From positions 1 through 24,618 of IMG/VR virus record IMGVR_UViG_3300020203_000096: a stretch of DNA of 24,618 nt; one strand, written 5' to 3'. Below are positions 1 to 7,129 of the stretch, in pieces. A model generated the notes under the pieces. That model saw nothing but the letters and a program-made list of their open reading frames with translations. It was not told the DNA's origin and did no database searches. The translations under genes and the position numbers were made by a program. Numbering within the stretch: the stretch's first letter is position 1; each line of letters opens with the position of its first letter. Source of the DNA: a virus. Lineage: Duplodnaviria > Caudoviricetes.

Positions 1-2
1 CC

Positions 3-287
3 ACGCTACCAACCATTTTTGCCCACGTGGCCACAGCCGCAGCCGCCCTTAACTGGCAAGGGCCGGCCCTTTGCCATGCCTTGCATGGCGTGGTAAAAAT
101 GCGCGCTGAGCTTGCGCCGGGCTTGGTCCCAGCGGCACAAGCAAGGGCCATAAATGGTACACTGTATGCGCAAGCCATTGCTTTACAGCGCGCGCAAGAG
201 CAAGCGGCCGCAGTCACTGCGGCCCTAAACAGCGCTTTGCTGGCTCTGGCGCTGTTGTTGCCACAGGCCACAGACTACAGGCCATAG
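3..287 (+). CDS. Hypothetical Ala/Leu-rich protein, possibly 5'-truncated by the window edge
   Basis: Frame is open from base 3 to TAG 285-287 (ORF track starts it at GTG 27). Ala-rich, only 3 acidic residues, lies in the GA/TC-depleted island. No recognisable family. Confidence 0.35.
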   Translation, partial: TLPTIFAHVATAAAALNWQGPALCHALHGVVKMRAELAPGLVPAAQARAINGTLYAQAIALQRAQEQAAAVTAALNSALLALALLLPQATDYRP

Positions 288-316
288 GCCGTAGGCCATA
301 GGCCATAGGTTATAGG
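261..316. repeat. Degenerate 7-bp tandem array, 8 copies, consensus CCATAGG
   Basis: ccacagg ccacaga ctacagg ccatagg ccgtagg ccatagg ccatagg ttatagg, read directly. Confidence 0.9.
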
Positions 317-363
317 CCACCCCATAGGGTGGCCCTTGCCACCCCATAGGGTGGCCCTTGCCA
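316..363. repeat. 22-bp perfect tandem duplication, each unit containing a hairpin
   Basis: GCCACCCCATAGGGTGGCCCTT at 316-337 and 338-359, plus partial GCCA. Each holds the stem-loop GCCACCC-CATA-GGGTGGC. Confidence 0.92.
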
Positions 364-481
364 TGCCTTAACCCCACCCTAGGCGCGGCCGGTGGTAGAA
401 TGTTACCCCAAGGTGGTCCCGTGCCCATCGCTCTCGCCCACCTCCAAATCAAAATAGTGCAATCACAAACACTAGAATAAG

Positions 482-586
482 AATCGAGGATGAAATCGAG
501 GATGAAATCGAGGATGAAATCGAGGATGAAATCGAGGATGAAATCGAGGATGAAATCGAGGATGAAATCGAGGATGAAATCGAGGA
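482..586. repeat. Perfect 12-bp tandem array (AATCGAGGATGA), 8 full copies plus 9 bp
   Basis: Read directly. It generates the MKSR, DFIL and FHPR periodicity in the overlapping ORFs. Confidence 0.98.
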
Positions 587-965
587 GATGGACTCCCAAT
601 AGGGTGCAAAAGACAACTGACGAGCCCAAGAGGACCAGGAAACTCACCCATTGCTCTCGAAACGTATTGATGGTAAACTAGCCTTATCAATTTTACGAGT
701 TCAATGGCCCGCGCCCGGAGCAATACTATGATCACCGAATCAGAACTGAAAGCATGTCGGCTCGCGTGGATCTCTTTCAAGATGCCGAATAGGACGAACA
801 ACGGACCAGAGTTGATGGACGACGGAGTGAGATATCTTCGTCTGTCGAGCGAGCAGGTTACTGGAGTGGTCAGAAAAGCGATGCTGTTGAAAGCTGGTGA
901 AGTGCTGAGCGCGAATTTACCTCAGGGCGTTTTCGAGGTTATGGTCGTTTCCTTTGGGCTATGTT

Positions 966-987
966 GGAATCGACTCAAGTAGATTCC
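966..987 (+). promoter_or_regulatory. Dyad motif copy A (GGAATCGACT-CA-AGTAGATTCC), operator-like
   Basis: 10-bp arms with one mismatch. One of four related copies. Confidence 0.6.
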
Positions 988-1013
988 TCCTTGAATAACG
1001 AGAAAATTCATAC

Positions 1014-1042
1014 TTGCAAGAAGGCTCAAATGAAAGTAAAGG
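1014..1042 (+). promoter_or_regulatory. Putative sigma70 promoter for the terminase operon
   Basis: TTGCAA (1014-1019), 17 bp, TAAAGG (1037-1042). Preceded by AACGAGAA, as is the promoter at 2904. The -10 is weak. Confidence 0.45.
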
Positions 1043-1053
1043 TGAATCTGAAA

Positions 1054-1074
1054 GGAATCGACGCAGTATATTCC
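1054..1074 (+). promoter_or_regulatory. Dyad motif copy B (GGAATCGAC-GCA-GTATATTCC)
   Basis: Just downstream of the predicted transcription start, 88 bp after copy A. Confidence 0.6.
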
Positions 1075-1095
1075 TCTACAAAGAGATCAATAACC

Positions 1096-1314
1096 ATGCC
1101 TCCAACAGAAGTCATAAAGACACAGTTTCCAGGACCAGGATTTAGAACTGTAGAGTCCACTCTCGAAACGTCGAAGACTCTTGGTATGACCGACATCGTA
1201 GTCGTCGGCTTCGATCGACATGGTGATTTCGTGCTGAAGACGTCTTCCATGCAACGAAAAGACACTCTTTGGCTGCTCCAAGTCGCGATTCAGAATACGA
1301 TGAAAGATCAATAG
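1096..1314 (+). CDS. Small hypothetical phage protein (72 aa)
   Basis: Part of ORF 961..1314. ATG 1096 (MPPTEVIK...) is preferred because 961-1095 is occupied by promoter and dyad motifs and AAGAGA lies upstream. Ends 3 nt before terL. Confidence 0.65.
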   Translation: MPPTEVIKTQFPGPGFRTVESTLETSKTLGMTDIVVVGFDRHGDFVLKTSSMQRKDTLWLLQVAIQNTMKDQ

Positions 1315-1317
1315 CAC

Positions 1318-2844
1318 ATGGCTTTAGATCAATATCCTGATAATGTGATCTGGAAGCCACAGAAGGGGTCGCAAGAGGCGTTCCTTTCTTCTACTCCGAT
1401 CTTTGAGGTCCTCTTCCAGGGATCACGAGGCGGTGGCAAGACAGATTCCCTTCTGATGTCGTTCGGGATGCACGTTGGCAAGGGATTTGGAGCCGGTTGG
1501 AAGGGCGTCTTGTTCCGGCAGACCTACAAACAGCTTTCAGATGTGATTACCAAGACAAAGAAGTGGTTTCCGCAGATTTGGCCTGGAGCAAGATTCAACG
1601 GGAGTGAACATAAGTGGGTCTGGCCCTCTGGCGAAGAACTTCTGCTTCGTCAGTTCAAGCGGGACGACGACTATTGGAACTATCACGGTCACGAGTATCC
1701 ATGGATCGGTTGGGAAGAACTTTGTAACTGGCCTGACGACACTGGATACAAGAGAATGTTCTCGTGCTGCCGGAGTTCGACTCCTGGTATGCCACGGATG
1801 GTTCGTGCGACGACGAATCCGTATGGTCCCGGTCACAACTGGGTCAAAATGAGATTTCTGCCTTCTACAATGAACATGAAAGTTCGTAGGGAGTTGAAGG
1901 ACGAACGCGGTATTCCTGAGCCGCCTCGTTTGTCGATCTTCTCCCGTCTGGAAGAGAACCTGGTTCTTCTCAAAGAGGATCCTGACTATGTGAACAAGAT
2001 CGCAGCGGCGGCTCGCAACGATGCTGAGCGAAAAGCATGGCTTGAGGGATCGTGGGACATTGTCGCTGGTGGAATGTTCGACGATGTTTGGGACCCGGCT
2101 TTCAATGTCCTTCGTCCGTTCGTTATCCCGGATCGATGGACCATCGATCGGAGTTTCGACTGGGGTTCCTCACGTCCGTTTTCTGTTGGCTGGTGGGCGA
2201 GAAGCAATGGCGAAGATGTGCAGTTGAAGAATGGTCAGTGGCGATCCACAGTTCGTGGCGATCTGTTTCGTATCCGTGAATGGTATGGATGGACAGGGAA
2301 GCCCAACGAAGGGAAGCAGATGCTGGCGACCGACATCGCTCGTGGGATGGTCGAGAGGGAGATCAAGTGGGGATATCGCATTGCTGGTGATGGATCATAT
2401 TGCCGTGTGAAAGGTGGAGTTGCAGACTCGCAGATTTTCGCTGCCGAGAATGGGAACTGCATTGCCGTTGATATGAAGACCAAGGTTCGACTCGAAGATG
2501 GAATTCGTTACAAGGGAATCTATTGGGGCGAAGCTGACAAGCGCCCGGGATCGCGTCACACAGGTTGGGTGCAGATGCGCCAGATGATCAAGAACGCTCA
2601 TCCCACCATCTTGGGCTTGAATGCAGAAGAGAAGCCAATCTACGGCCCAAGAGAGAAAGCTGGACTCTACATCTTTGACAACTGTGAGCAATGGATACGA
2701 ACTGTTCCTGTTCTTCCGAGGGATGAAGACGATCCTGATGACGTTGATACGAGGACAGAAGATCACATTGCCGATGAAACGAGATATCGTGTCCGTTTCG
2801 TTGGAATGAAGATCGGTCAGGGGACCACGACTGGAATGAATTAA
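1318..2844 (+). CDS. terL: Terminase large subunit
   Basis: 508 aa. N-terminal WKPQKGSQ, Walker A GSRGGGKT, Walker B WIGWEEL, coupling motif ATTNP, nuclease motifs SFDWG and EDHIADETRY. First gene of the head module. Confidence 0.96.
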   Translation: MALDQYPDNVIWKPQKGSQEAFLSSTPIFEVLFQGSRGGGKTDSLLMSFGMHVGKGFGAGWKGVLFRQTYKQLSDVITKTKKWFPQIWPGARFNGSEHKWVWPSGEELLLRQFKRDDDYWNYHGHEYPWIGWEELCNWPDDTGYKRMFSCCRSSTPGMPRMVRATTNPYGPGHNWVKMRFLPSTMNMKVRRELKDERGIPEPPRLSIFSRLEENLVLLKEDPDYVNKIAAAARNDAERKAWLEGSWDIVAGGMFDDVWDPAFNVLRPFVIPDRWTIDRSFDWGSSRPFSVGWWARSNGEDVQLKNGQWRSTVRGDLFRIREWYGWTGKPNEGKQMLATDIARGMVEREIKWGYRIAGDGSYCRVKGGVADSQIFAAENGNCIAVDMKTKVRLEDGIRYKGIYWGEADKRPGSRHTGWVQMRQMIKNAHPTILGLNAEEKPIYGPREKAGLYIFDNCEQWIRTVPVLPRDEDDPDDVDTRTEDHIADETRYRVRFVGMKIGQGTTTGMN

Positions 2845-2857
2845 ATAGGAATCGATA

Positions 2858-2878
2858 GGAATCGACGAAGTAAATTCC
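2858..2878 (+). promoter_or_regulatory. Dyad motif copy C (GGAATCGAC-GAA-GTAAATTCC), preceded by a duplicated half-site
   Basis: In the terL-portal gap. ATAGGAATCG is tandemly repeated at 2845-2864. Confidence 0.6.
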
Positions 2879-2903
2879 TCCGCAACAACGAGAATAAAAG
2901 TCC

Positions 2904-2932
2904 TTGCCAGATACCTCGGATGGAGCTACGCT
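2904..2932 (+). promoter_or_regulatory. Putative sigma70 promoter for the portal gene
   Basis: cTTGCCA (2904-2909), 17 bp, gcTACGCT (2927-2932). Fits the alphaproteobacterial CTTG...GCTA pattern and is intergenic. Confidence 0.6.
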
Positions 2933-2947
2933 GCATTTCAAACGCGG

Positions 2948-2968
2948 AAAATCTACTGCGTCGATTCC
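2948..2968 (-). promoter_or_regulatory. Dyad motif copy D, inverted (reverse complement GGAATCGAC-GCA-GTAGATTTT)
   Basis: 17/21 identical to copy C in opposite orientation. Sits immediately before the portal RBS. Confidence 0.6.
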
Positions 2969-2980
2969 ATGGAGACTCGT

Positions 2981-4462
2981 ATGTCGCGGGACATTTCTTC
3001 GAAGCACCCTCAATATGTCGCAATGCTTGAAGACTGGATTCTGATGAGCGATGCTTATCGTGGTCAGCGTCAAGTCAAGTCGAAGCGAACGGCTTATCTT
3101 CCGGCGACGAGTGGGCAAATTGCCGATGGAATGACGAACACGGAACAGGTGGGATACAAGGCTTACGATTCTTATCTGCGGAGGGCTCGTTTCCCGAACT
3201 TCGTCCGTGAGGCTGTCCAGACAGCTGTCGGGATGCTCCACTCCCAGCCAGCGAAGATCATTCTGCCGAAAGGTATGGATGGAATTCGTTCGTCAAAAGG
3301 AGAAGATCTTCCTCAGTTGCTACGCCGTATCAACACTGAACAGTTGATTTCTGGTCGTATCGGTCTTCTTGCCGATCTGCCGACTTCCGGTGGGAACATT
3401 CCTTACATCGCCACCTATACGACAGAGCGTATCATCAATTGGGATGATGGAACAGTTGAGGGACTTGTTCCGCAGGTGATGAATCTCGTTGTTCTTGACG
3501 AATCCGAATACGAGCGTGGGCTGACCTCGTTCACGTGGGAGATCGATGAGAAGTATCGTGTTCTGGTCATCGGCAACATCAATCAGAACGAATCTGCTGC
3601 CGCCTATAAAGTCGGTGTTTTTCTTACCAAAGATATCGAGTTCAACCCAGATCAGTTGAGGGCTCCGTCTCTTCTCGGAAAGACCCTGGAAAAGATTCCT
3701 TTCGTTATCATCAACTCGTGTGATCTTGTGTCTGATCCCGATGAGCCGCCTCTGCTGGACCTCGGCGAACTCTGCATGACGATCTATCGTGGTGAGGCAG
3801 ACTATCGCCAGAACCTGTTCATGCAAGGTCAAGAGACGCTGGTCGTGATCGGTGGAACACAAGAAGAGGACGAGAGTCTTCGGACTGGTGCCGGTGCAAG
3901 AATCGATATCAGCAATCCTCAGGGTGATGCCAAGTTCATTGGAGTCACAGCCAATGGTCTTTCGGAACAGCGAGAAGCATTGAAAGACGATCGTGGACAC
4001 GCTGGCTCCATGGGCGCTCAATCACTTGATAGCACCAGTCGCGAACGTGAAAGTGGCAAGAGCCTCGGTATTCGTATCGCCGCTCGAACAGCCGATCTCA
4101 ATCAGGTCGCTGACACCGGAGCGAAAGGTCTTGAAACTGCGCTCAAGATTTGCGCCGAATGGATGGGCTTGAATCCAGCAGAGGTTTCTATCGAGCCCAA
4201 CAAAGAGTTTGGCAATACAGAACTGACCGGCCAGACGATGGTCGAACAGCAGACTGCCCGGAATCTCGGCTTCCCGATTTCCGCTCGCAGCCTCCACCAG
4301 ATAGCATTCGATCGTGGACTCACGAAGTTGACCTTCGAAGAGGAATTGAGTGCTATTGAAAAGGAGGAGAAGACAGTCTTGAAACGTGACCCTTCTGGTG
4401 ATCGCAATGGTGACCAAAAGAACAAGACTGGAAACCCGTCTCAAGAGAATCAAAACAACTAG
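2981..4462 (+). CDS. Portal protein (DUF4055-like)
   Basis: About 493 aa directly after terL. HPQY...W...D.Y.G, YLP, Y..YL.RARFPN and PPLLDL motifs are typical of this portal family. GGAG at 2971-2974 favours ATG 2981 over 2969. Confidence 0.9.
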   Translation: MSRDISSKHPQYVAMLEDWILMSDAYRGQRQVKSKRTAYLPATSGQIADGMTNTEQVGYKAYDSYLRRARFPNFVREAVQTAVGMLHSQPAKIILPKGMDGIRSSKGEDLPQLLRRINTEQLISGRIGLLADLPTSGGNIPYIATYTTERIINWDDGTVEGLVPQVMNLVVLDESEYERGLTSFTWEIDEKYRVLVIGNINQNESAAAYKVGVFLTKDIEFNPDQLRAPSLLGKTLEKIPFVIINSCDLVSDPDEPPLLDLGELCMTIYRGEADYRQNLFMQGQETLVVIGGTQEEDESLRTGAGARIDISNPQGDAKFIGVTANGLSEQREALKDDRGHAGSMGAQSLDSTSRERESGKSLGIRIAARTADLNQVADTGAKGLETALKICAEWMGLNPAEVSIEPNKEFGNTELTGQTMVEQQTARNLGFPISARSLHQIAFDRGLTKLTFEEELSAIEKEEKTVLKRDPSGDRNGDQKNKTGNPSQENQNN

Positions 4463-4485
4463 CGTGATGCTGAAAGGAATGATCG

Positions 4486-5322
4486 ATGCCGATCGAATTG
4501 AAATATGACAACGAGGACGCTCTGCCGGAAGCGTTCCGCAACGAGACTATCTTCGCCGAACTCTTTACGAGGAACGATGATGGCTCGATTTCGGTGACAG
4601 GTGTCACCGGGATGAAGACCCAGAAAGATGTGGACTCTGTGTCCGAGGCGCTTCGCAAGGAACGCAACGATCACAGGCTCACGAAAGATCGGCTGAAACC
4701 GTGGGGTGAACTCAATGCTGAGGAAACTCTCACTCAGCTAGATCGCATCCGCGAACTGGAAGCCGCTGCTGGTGGCAAGCTGGACGACGATGCGATCAAC
4801 AAGATCGTTGATGGCCGTTTGGCACAGAAGACAGGTCCTCTCGATCGTCAGATCAAAACGATCGGTGAAGAGCGTGATGCTCTTACACAGGAGAACGCCG
4901 GTCTGAAGAACTCGATCATCACTCGCGATCGCAACGACTCTGTTCGCGCCGAGGCAACCAAGGTGAAGTCTCACGCGACGGCGGTTCCGGACATCGAAGG
5001 TGCTGCCTCAGTGATGCTGGAGCAGAACGAAGAAGGCAGGTGGATCACCAAGTCAGGAATTGAAGGTATCACTCCTGGTCTCGGTATTGATGGCTGGCTT
5101 CGCGACATGCAGAAGCTTCGCCCTCACTGGTGGCCCGAAAGTGAAGGCGGTGGCGCTCGTGGCGGAAACGGTGGGACCGGTTTCAATGGAGCGAATCCTT
5201 GGTCGGCGAAAAGCTGGAATCTCACCGAGCAAGGCAAGGTCTTCAAGGACAGCGCCGACCTCGCTGGTCGCCTTGCCAAAGCCGCGGGGACTTCCTTGGG
5301 CGGTCCTCGGCCGAAAGCCTGA
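4486..5322 (+). CDS. Capsid scaffolding protein
   Basis: 278 aa between portal and capsid. Coiled-coil segments (ALRKERNDH; IGEERDALTQEN), Gly-rich linker, C-terminal NPW..SWNLTEQG motif. RBS GAAAGGA. Confidence 0.8.
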   Translation: MPIELKYDNEDALPEAFRNETIFAELFTRNDDGSISVTGVTGMKTQKDVDSVSEALRKERNDHRLTKDRLKPWGELNAEETLTQLDRIRELEAAAGGKLDDDAINKIVDGRLAQKTGPLDRQIKTIGEERDALTQENAGLKNSIITRDRNDSVRAEATKVKSHATAVPDIEGAASVMLEQNEEGRWITKSGIEGITPGLGIDGWLRDMQKLRPHWWPESEGGGARGGNGGTGFNGANPWSAKSWNLTEQGKVFKDSADLAGRLAKAAGTSLGGPRPKA

Positions 5323-5329
5323 AAATTAC

Positions 5330-5366
5330 GCTTGCACCGGAGTCTGAATTGAGTTATGGTGCAAGC
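5330..5366 (+). promoter_or_regulatory. Putative sigma70 capsid promoter embedded in a 9-bp inverted repeat
   Basis: TTGCAC (5332-5337), 17 bp, TATGGT (5355-5360). GCTTGCACC (5330-5338) and GGTGCAAGC (5358-5366) are perfect reverse complements. Confidence 0.65.
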
Positions 5367-5372
5367 ATCAAC

Positions 5373-5424
5373 CCGATCAGGGGATCGGTTTCCTCCGACT
5401 GAGCAGGGGCTCGTTGTCGGTTTT
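5373..5424 (+). promoter_or_regulatory. Twin-hairpin leader upstream of the major capsid gene
   Basis: CCGATC-AGGG-GATCGG (5373-5388) and CCGAC.GAGC-AGGG-GCTC...GTCGG (5395-5420), followed by TTTT. Confidence 0.6.
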
Positions 5425-5456
5425 CCCAAAACGCCAATGCTCGAAAGGAGAATCAC

Positions 5457-6530
5457 ATGGCAGCAGGCCCCGCAACTCGCGTGAGCGACGTAGTCGTTCC
5501 GCAGATTTTCACTGGCTACGTCCAGCAACTCACGGAAGAGAAATCTCGCATCATTCAATCAGGCATGGCCGTTCGCGATCCCGCGATCGACGGTCTTCTG
5601 GCTGGTGGTGGTCTTACCTTCAACCTTCCGTCCTGGCGCGATCTGGACAATGATATCGACCGGGTTTCCAACGACTCCTCGTCGGTGTTCGACACCGCAG
5701 ACTCCGCAGCGAACGCGGCTGGCTCTGGCACTTCGCCGGAACGCCCTCCAAATCCGCAGAAGATTGGCAGTATTACCGAAGTCGGCGTTCGTCTCGAGCG
5801 GAACCAGTCCTGGTCGACCATGTCGCTCGCTGCGACTCTGGCCGGCTCCGATCCGATGGCTGCGATCGCCGATCGTGTCGCCTATTACTGGACCCGCCGA
5901 CTGCAAACCGCTTTCGTGTCGACGTGGAAAGGTGTGATCGCAGACAACACGGCAAACGACTCCGGCGATTACACGAACAATGTCTCTGGCGCTTCTTATG
6001 TGGCGGGCGTCACAGATTTCTCGGCCGAGGCGTTCCTCGATGCTGCCTTGACGATGGGCGACAGCATGGAAGATCTCACAGCCGTGATGGTTCATTCGGT
6101 CGTCTACAGCCGTATGCAGAAGAACAACCTGATCGACTTCATTCCGGACTCGACTGGTGCTGTGAACATTCCCACGTTCCTGGGTCGCGAGGTCGTGATT
6201 GACGACGGTATGCCGTTCGCATCCAACGTCTATCAATCGTGGATGTTCGGTGGTGGTGCGACTCGTCTGGGTATCGGCTCTCCGCCGGTTCCCACGGAAG
6301 TCGATCGCCGTCCTGGGGCGGGCAATGGCAGCGGACAAGAAATCCTCTACAACCGTGCGGAATGGTGCATCCATCCCGTCGGCCATGCGTGGATTGGCAC
6401 GGCTCCCAATGGTGGTCCAGCGAACACCGGCACGGCTGGTGACGATCTGGACGAGGCAGCTTCCTGGAACCGTGTCTACACGGAAAGGAAGCAGATCAAG
6501 TTCGCGCGGCTGGTCACCCGCGAGGCGTGA
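5457..6530 (+). CDS. Major capsid protein
   Basis: 357 aa, strong RBS GAAAGGAG, GC-rich codons. N-terminal TRVSDVVVPQIF, GG.TFNLPSW.DL, VMVHSVVY, TFLGREVVIDD and C-terminal WNRVY..KQI are typical of YuA-like siphovirus capsids. Confidence 0.92.
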   Translation: MAAGPATRVSDVVVPQIFTGYVQQLTEEKSRIIQSGMAVRDPAIDGLLAGGGLTFNLPSWRDLDNDIDRVSNDSSSVFDTADSAANAAGSGTSPERPPNPQKIGSITEVGVRLERNQSWSTMSLAATLAGSDPMAAIADRVAYYWTRRLQTAFVSTWKGVIADNTANDSGDYTNNVSGASYVAGVTDFSAEAFLDAALTMGDSMEDLTAVMVHSVVYSRMQKNNLIDFIPDSTGAVNIPTFLGREVVIDDGMPFASNVYQSWMFGGGATRLGIGSPPVPTEVDRRPGAGNGSGQEILYNRAEWCIHPVGHAWIGTAPNGGPANTGTAGDDLDEAASWNRVYTERKQIKFARLVTREA

Positions 6531-6536
6531 TCTGTA

Positions 6537-6569
6537 GCGGGGGCGGCTTCCGGTAGCGGTCGCCCTCGC
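6537..6569 (+). terminator. GC-rich hairpin after the capsid gene (weak terminator or mRNA-stabilising stem)
   Basis: GCGGGGGCGGC pairs with GTCGCCCTCGC (11 bp, two G-U). No U-tract follows. Confidence 0.4.
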
Positions 6570-6598
6570 GTCACCCTCAGTTCTGAAAGGAGAACGTC

Positions 6599-7117
6599 AT
6601 GGGTAAAGGACTTCCTCGATCTTTGTCTCGCGGTGACAAACGCAAACAGGAGCTCGTCAAAGAACGAATTCGTATTTCTGGCACTGTCAGCGTCTTGGCG
6701 GCGGGTGCTGGTGTCGGTTTCGGGACCCTTGTCATCGGTGATTTCCCCGAAGGCAACATTCTGTTCTTGGGCGCAGTCACCAATATCAATTTCAGTGGAA
6801 CTGGTAGCGATGCCAATCTTGTCGACGCCTGGAACGGAGATTTCGGTATCGGCACGGGACCTGATGCCAACGGAACTCTCACCGGCATAGAAGTCGATAT
6901 CATCGCTTCTGCAGCCATCGGTCCAGCCGCCGCAGAAATTGCGCCGGTTGTGAGGGCGGTCAACGCAACGCAAGCGATCTTCGACAATACCGATGGATCG
7001 CTGGAAATCAACCTCAACGTCCTCATCGATGCCGCTGATATCGCAGATGCCGCGACTGTCGTGCTTACAGTCACCGGCGAACTTCTCCTGTGCTACACTG
7101 TGCTCAGCGACGACTAA
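6599..7117 (+). CDS. Putative virion structural protein (possible head decoration)
   Basis: 172 aa, RBS GAAAGGAG, directly after the capsid gene. Basic N-terminal arm (MGKGLPRSLSR) then a beta-rich body. Function is inferred from position. Confidence 0.6.
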   Translation: MGKGLPRSLSRGDKRKQELVKERIRISGTVSVLAAGAGVGFGTLVIGDFPEGNILFLGAVTNINFSGTGSDANLVDAWNGDFGIGTGPDANGTLTGIEVDIIASAAIGPAAAEIAPVVRAVNATQAIFDNTDGSLEINLNVLIDAADIADAATVVLTVTGELLLCYTVLSDD

Positions 7118-7129
7118 GGAGAACTGACC

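Noticed and set aside
393-401. Extended -10-like TGGTAGAAT
   Set aside because: No -35 and no convincing gene directly downstream.
482-586. Possible CRISPR array
   Set aside because: Units are contiguous 12-mers with no spacers, and there are no cas genes.
225-801. ORFs 490..681 (+, MKSR repeats), 225..647 (-) and 472..801 (-)
   Set aside because: They are by-products of a stop-free 12-bp array. The IEDE-repeat frame has no good start and stops at 600-602.
704-982. 92-aa ORF upstream of the first dyad
   Set aside because: No clear RBS or recognisable motif, and its 3' end overlaps dyad A. A shorter product cannot be excluded.
961-1095. N-terminal extension of ORF 961..1314
   Set aside because: This stretch consists of the dyad-promoter-dyad cassette. 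ATG 1096 is more plausible.
1318-2844. Intein or intron in terL
   Set aside because: Length is normal, motifs are continuous, and no splicing or homing endonuclease motifs are visible.
2858-2968. MITE bounded by inverted copies C and D
   Set aside because: No clear target-site duplication, and the same motif occurs in direct orientation at 966/1054. Operator-like sites explain it better.
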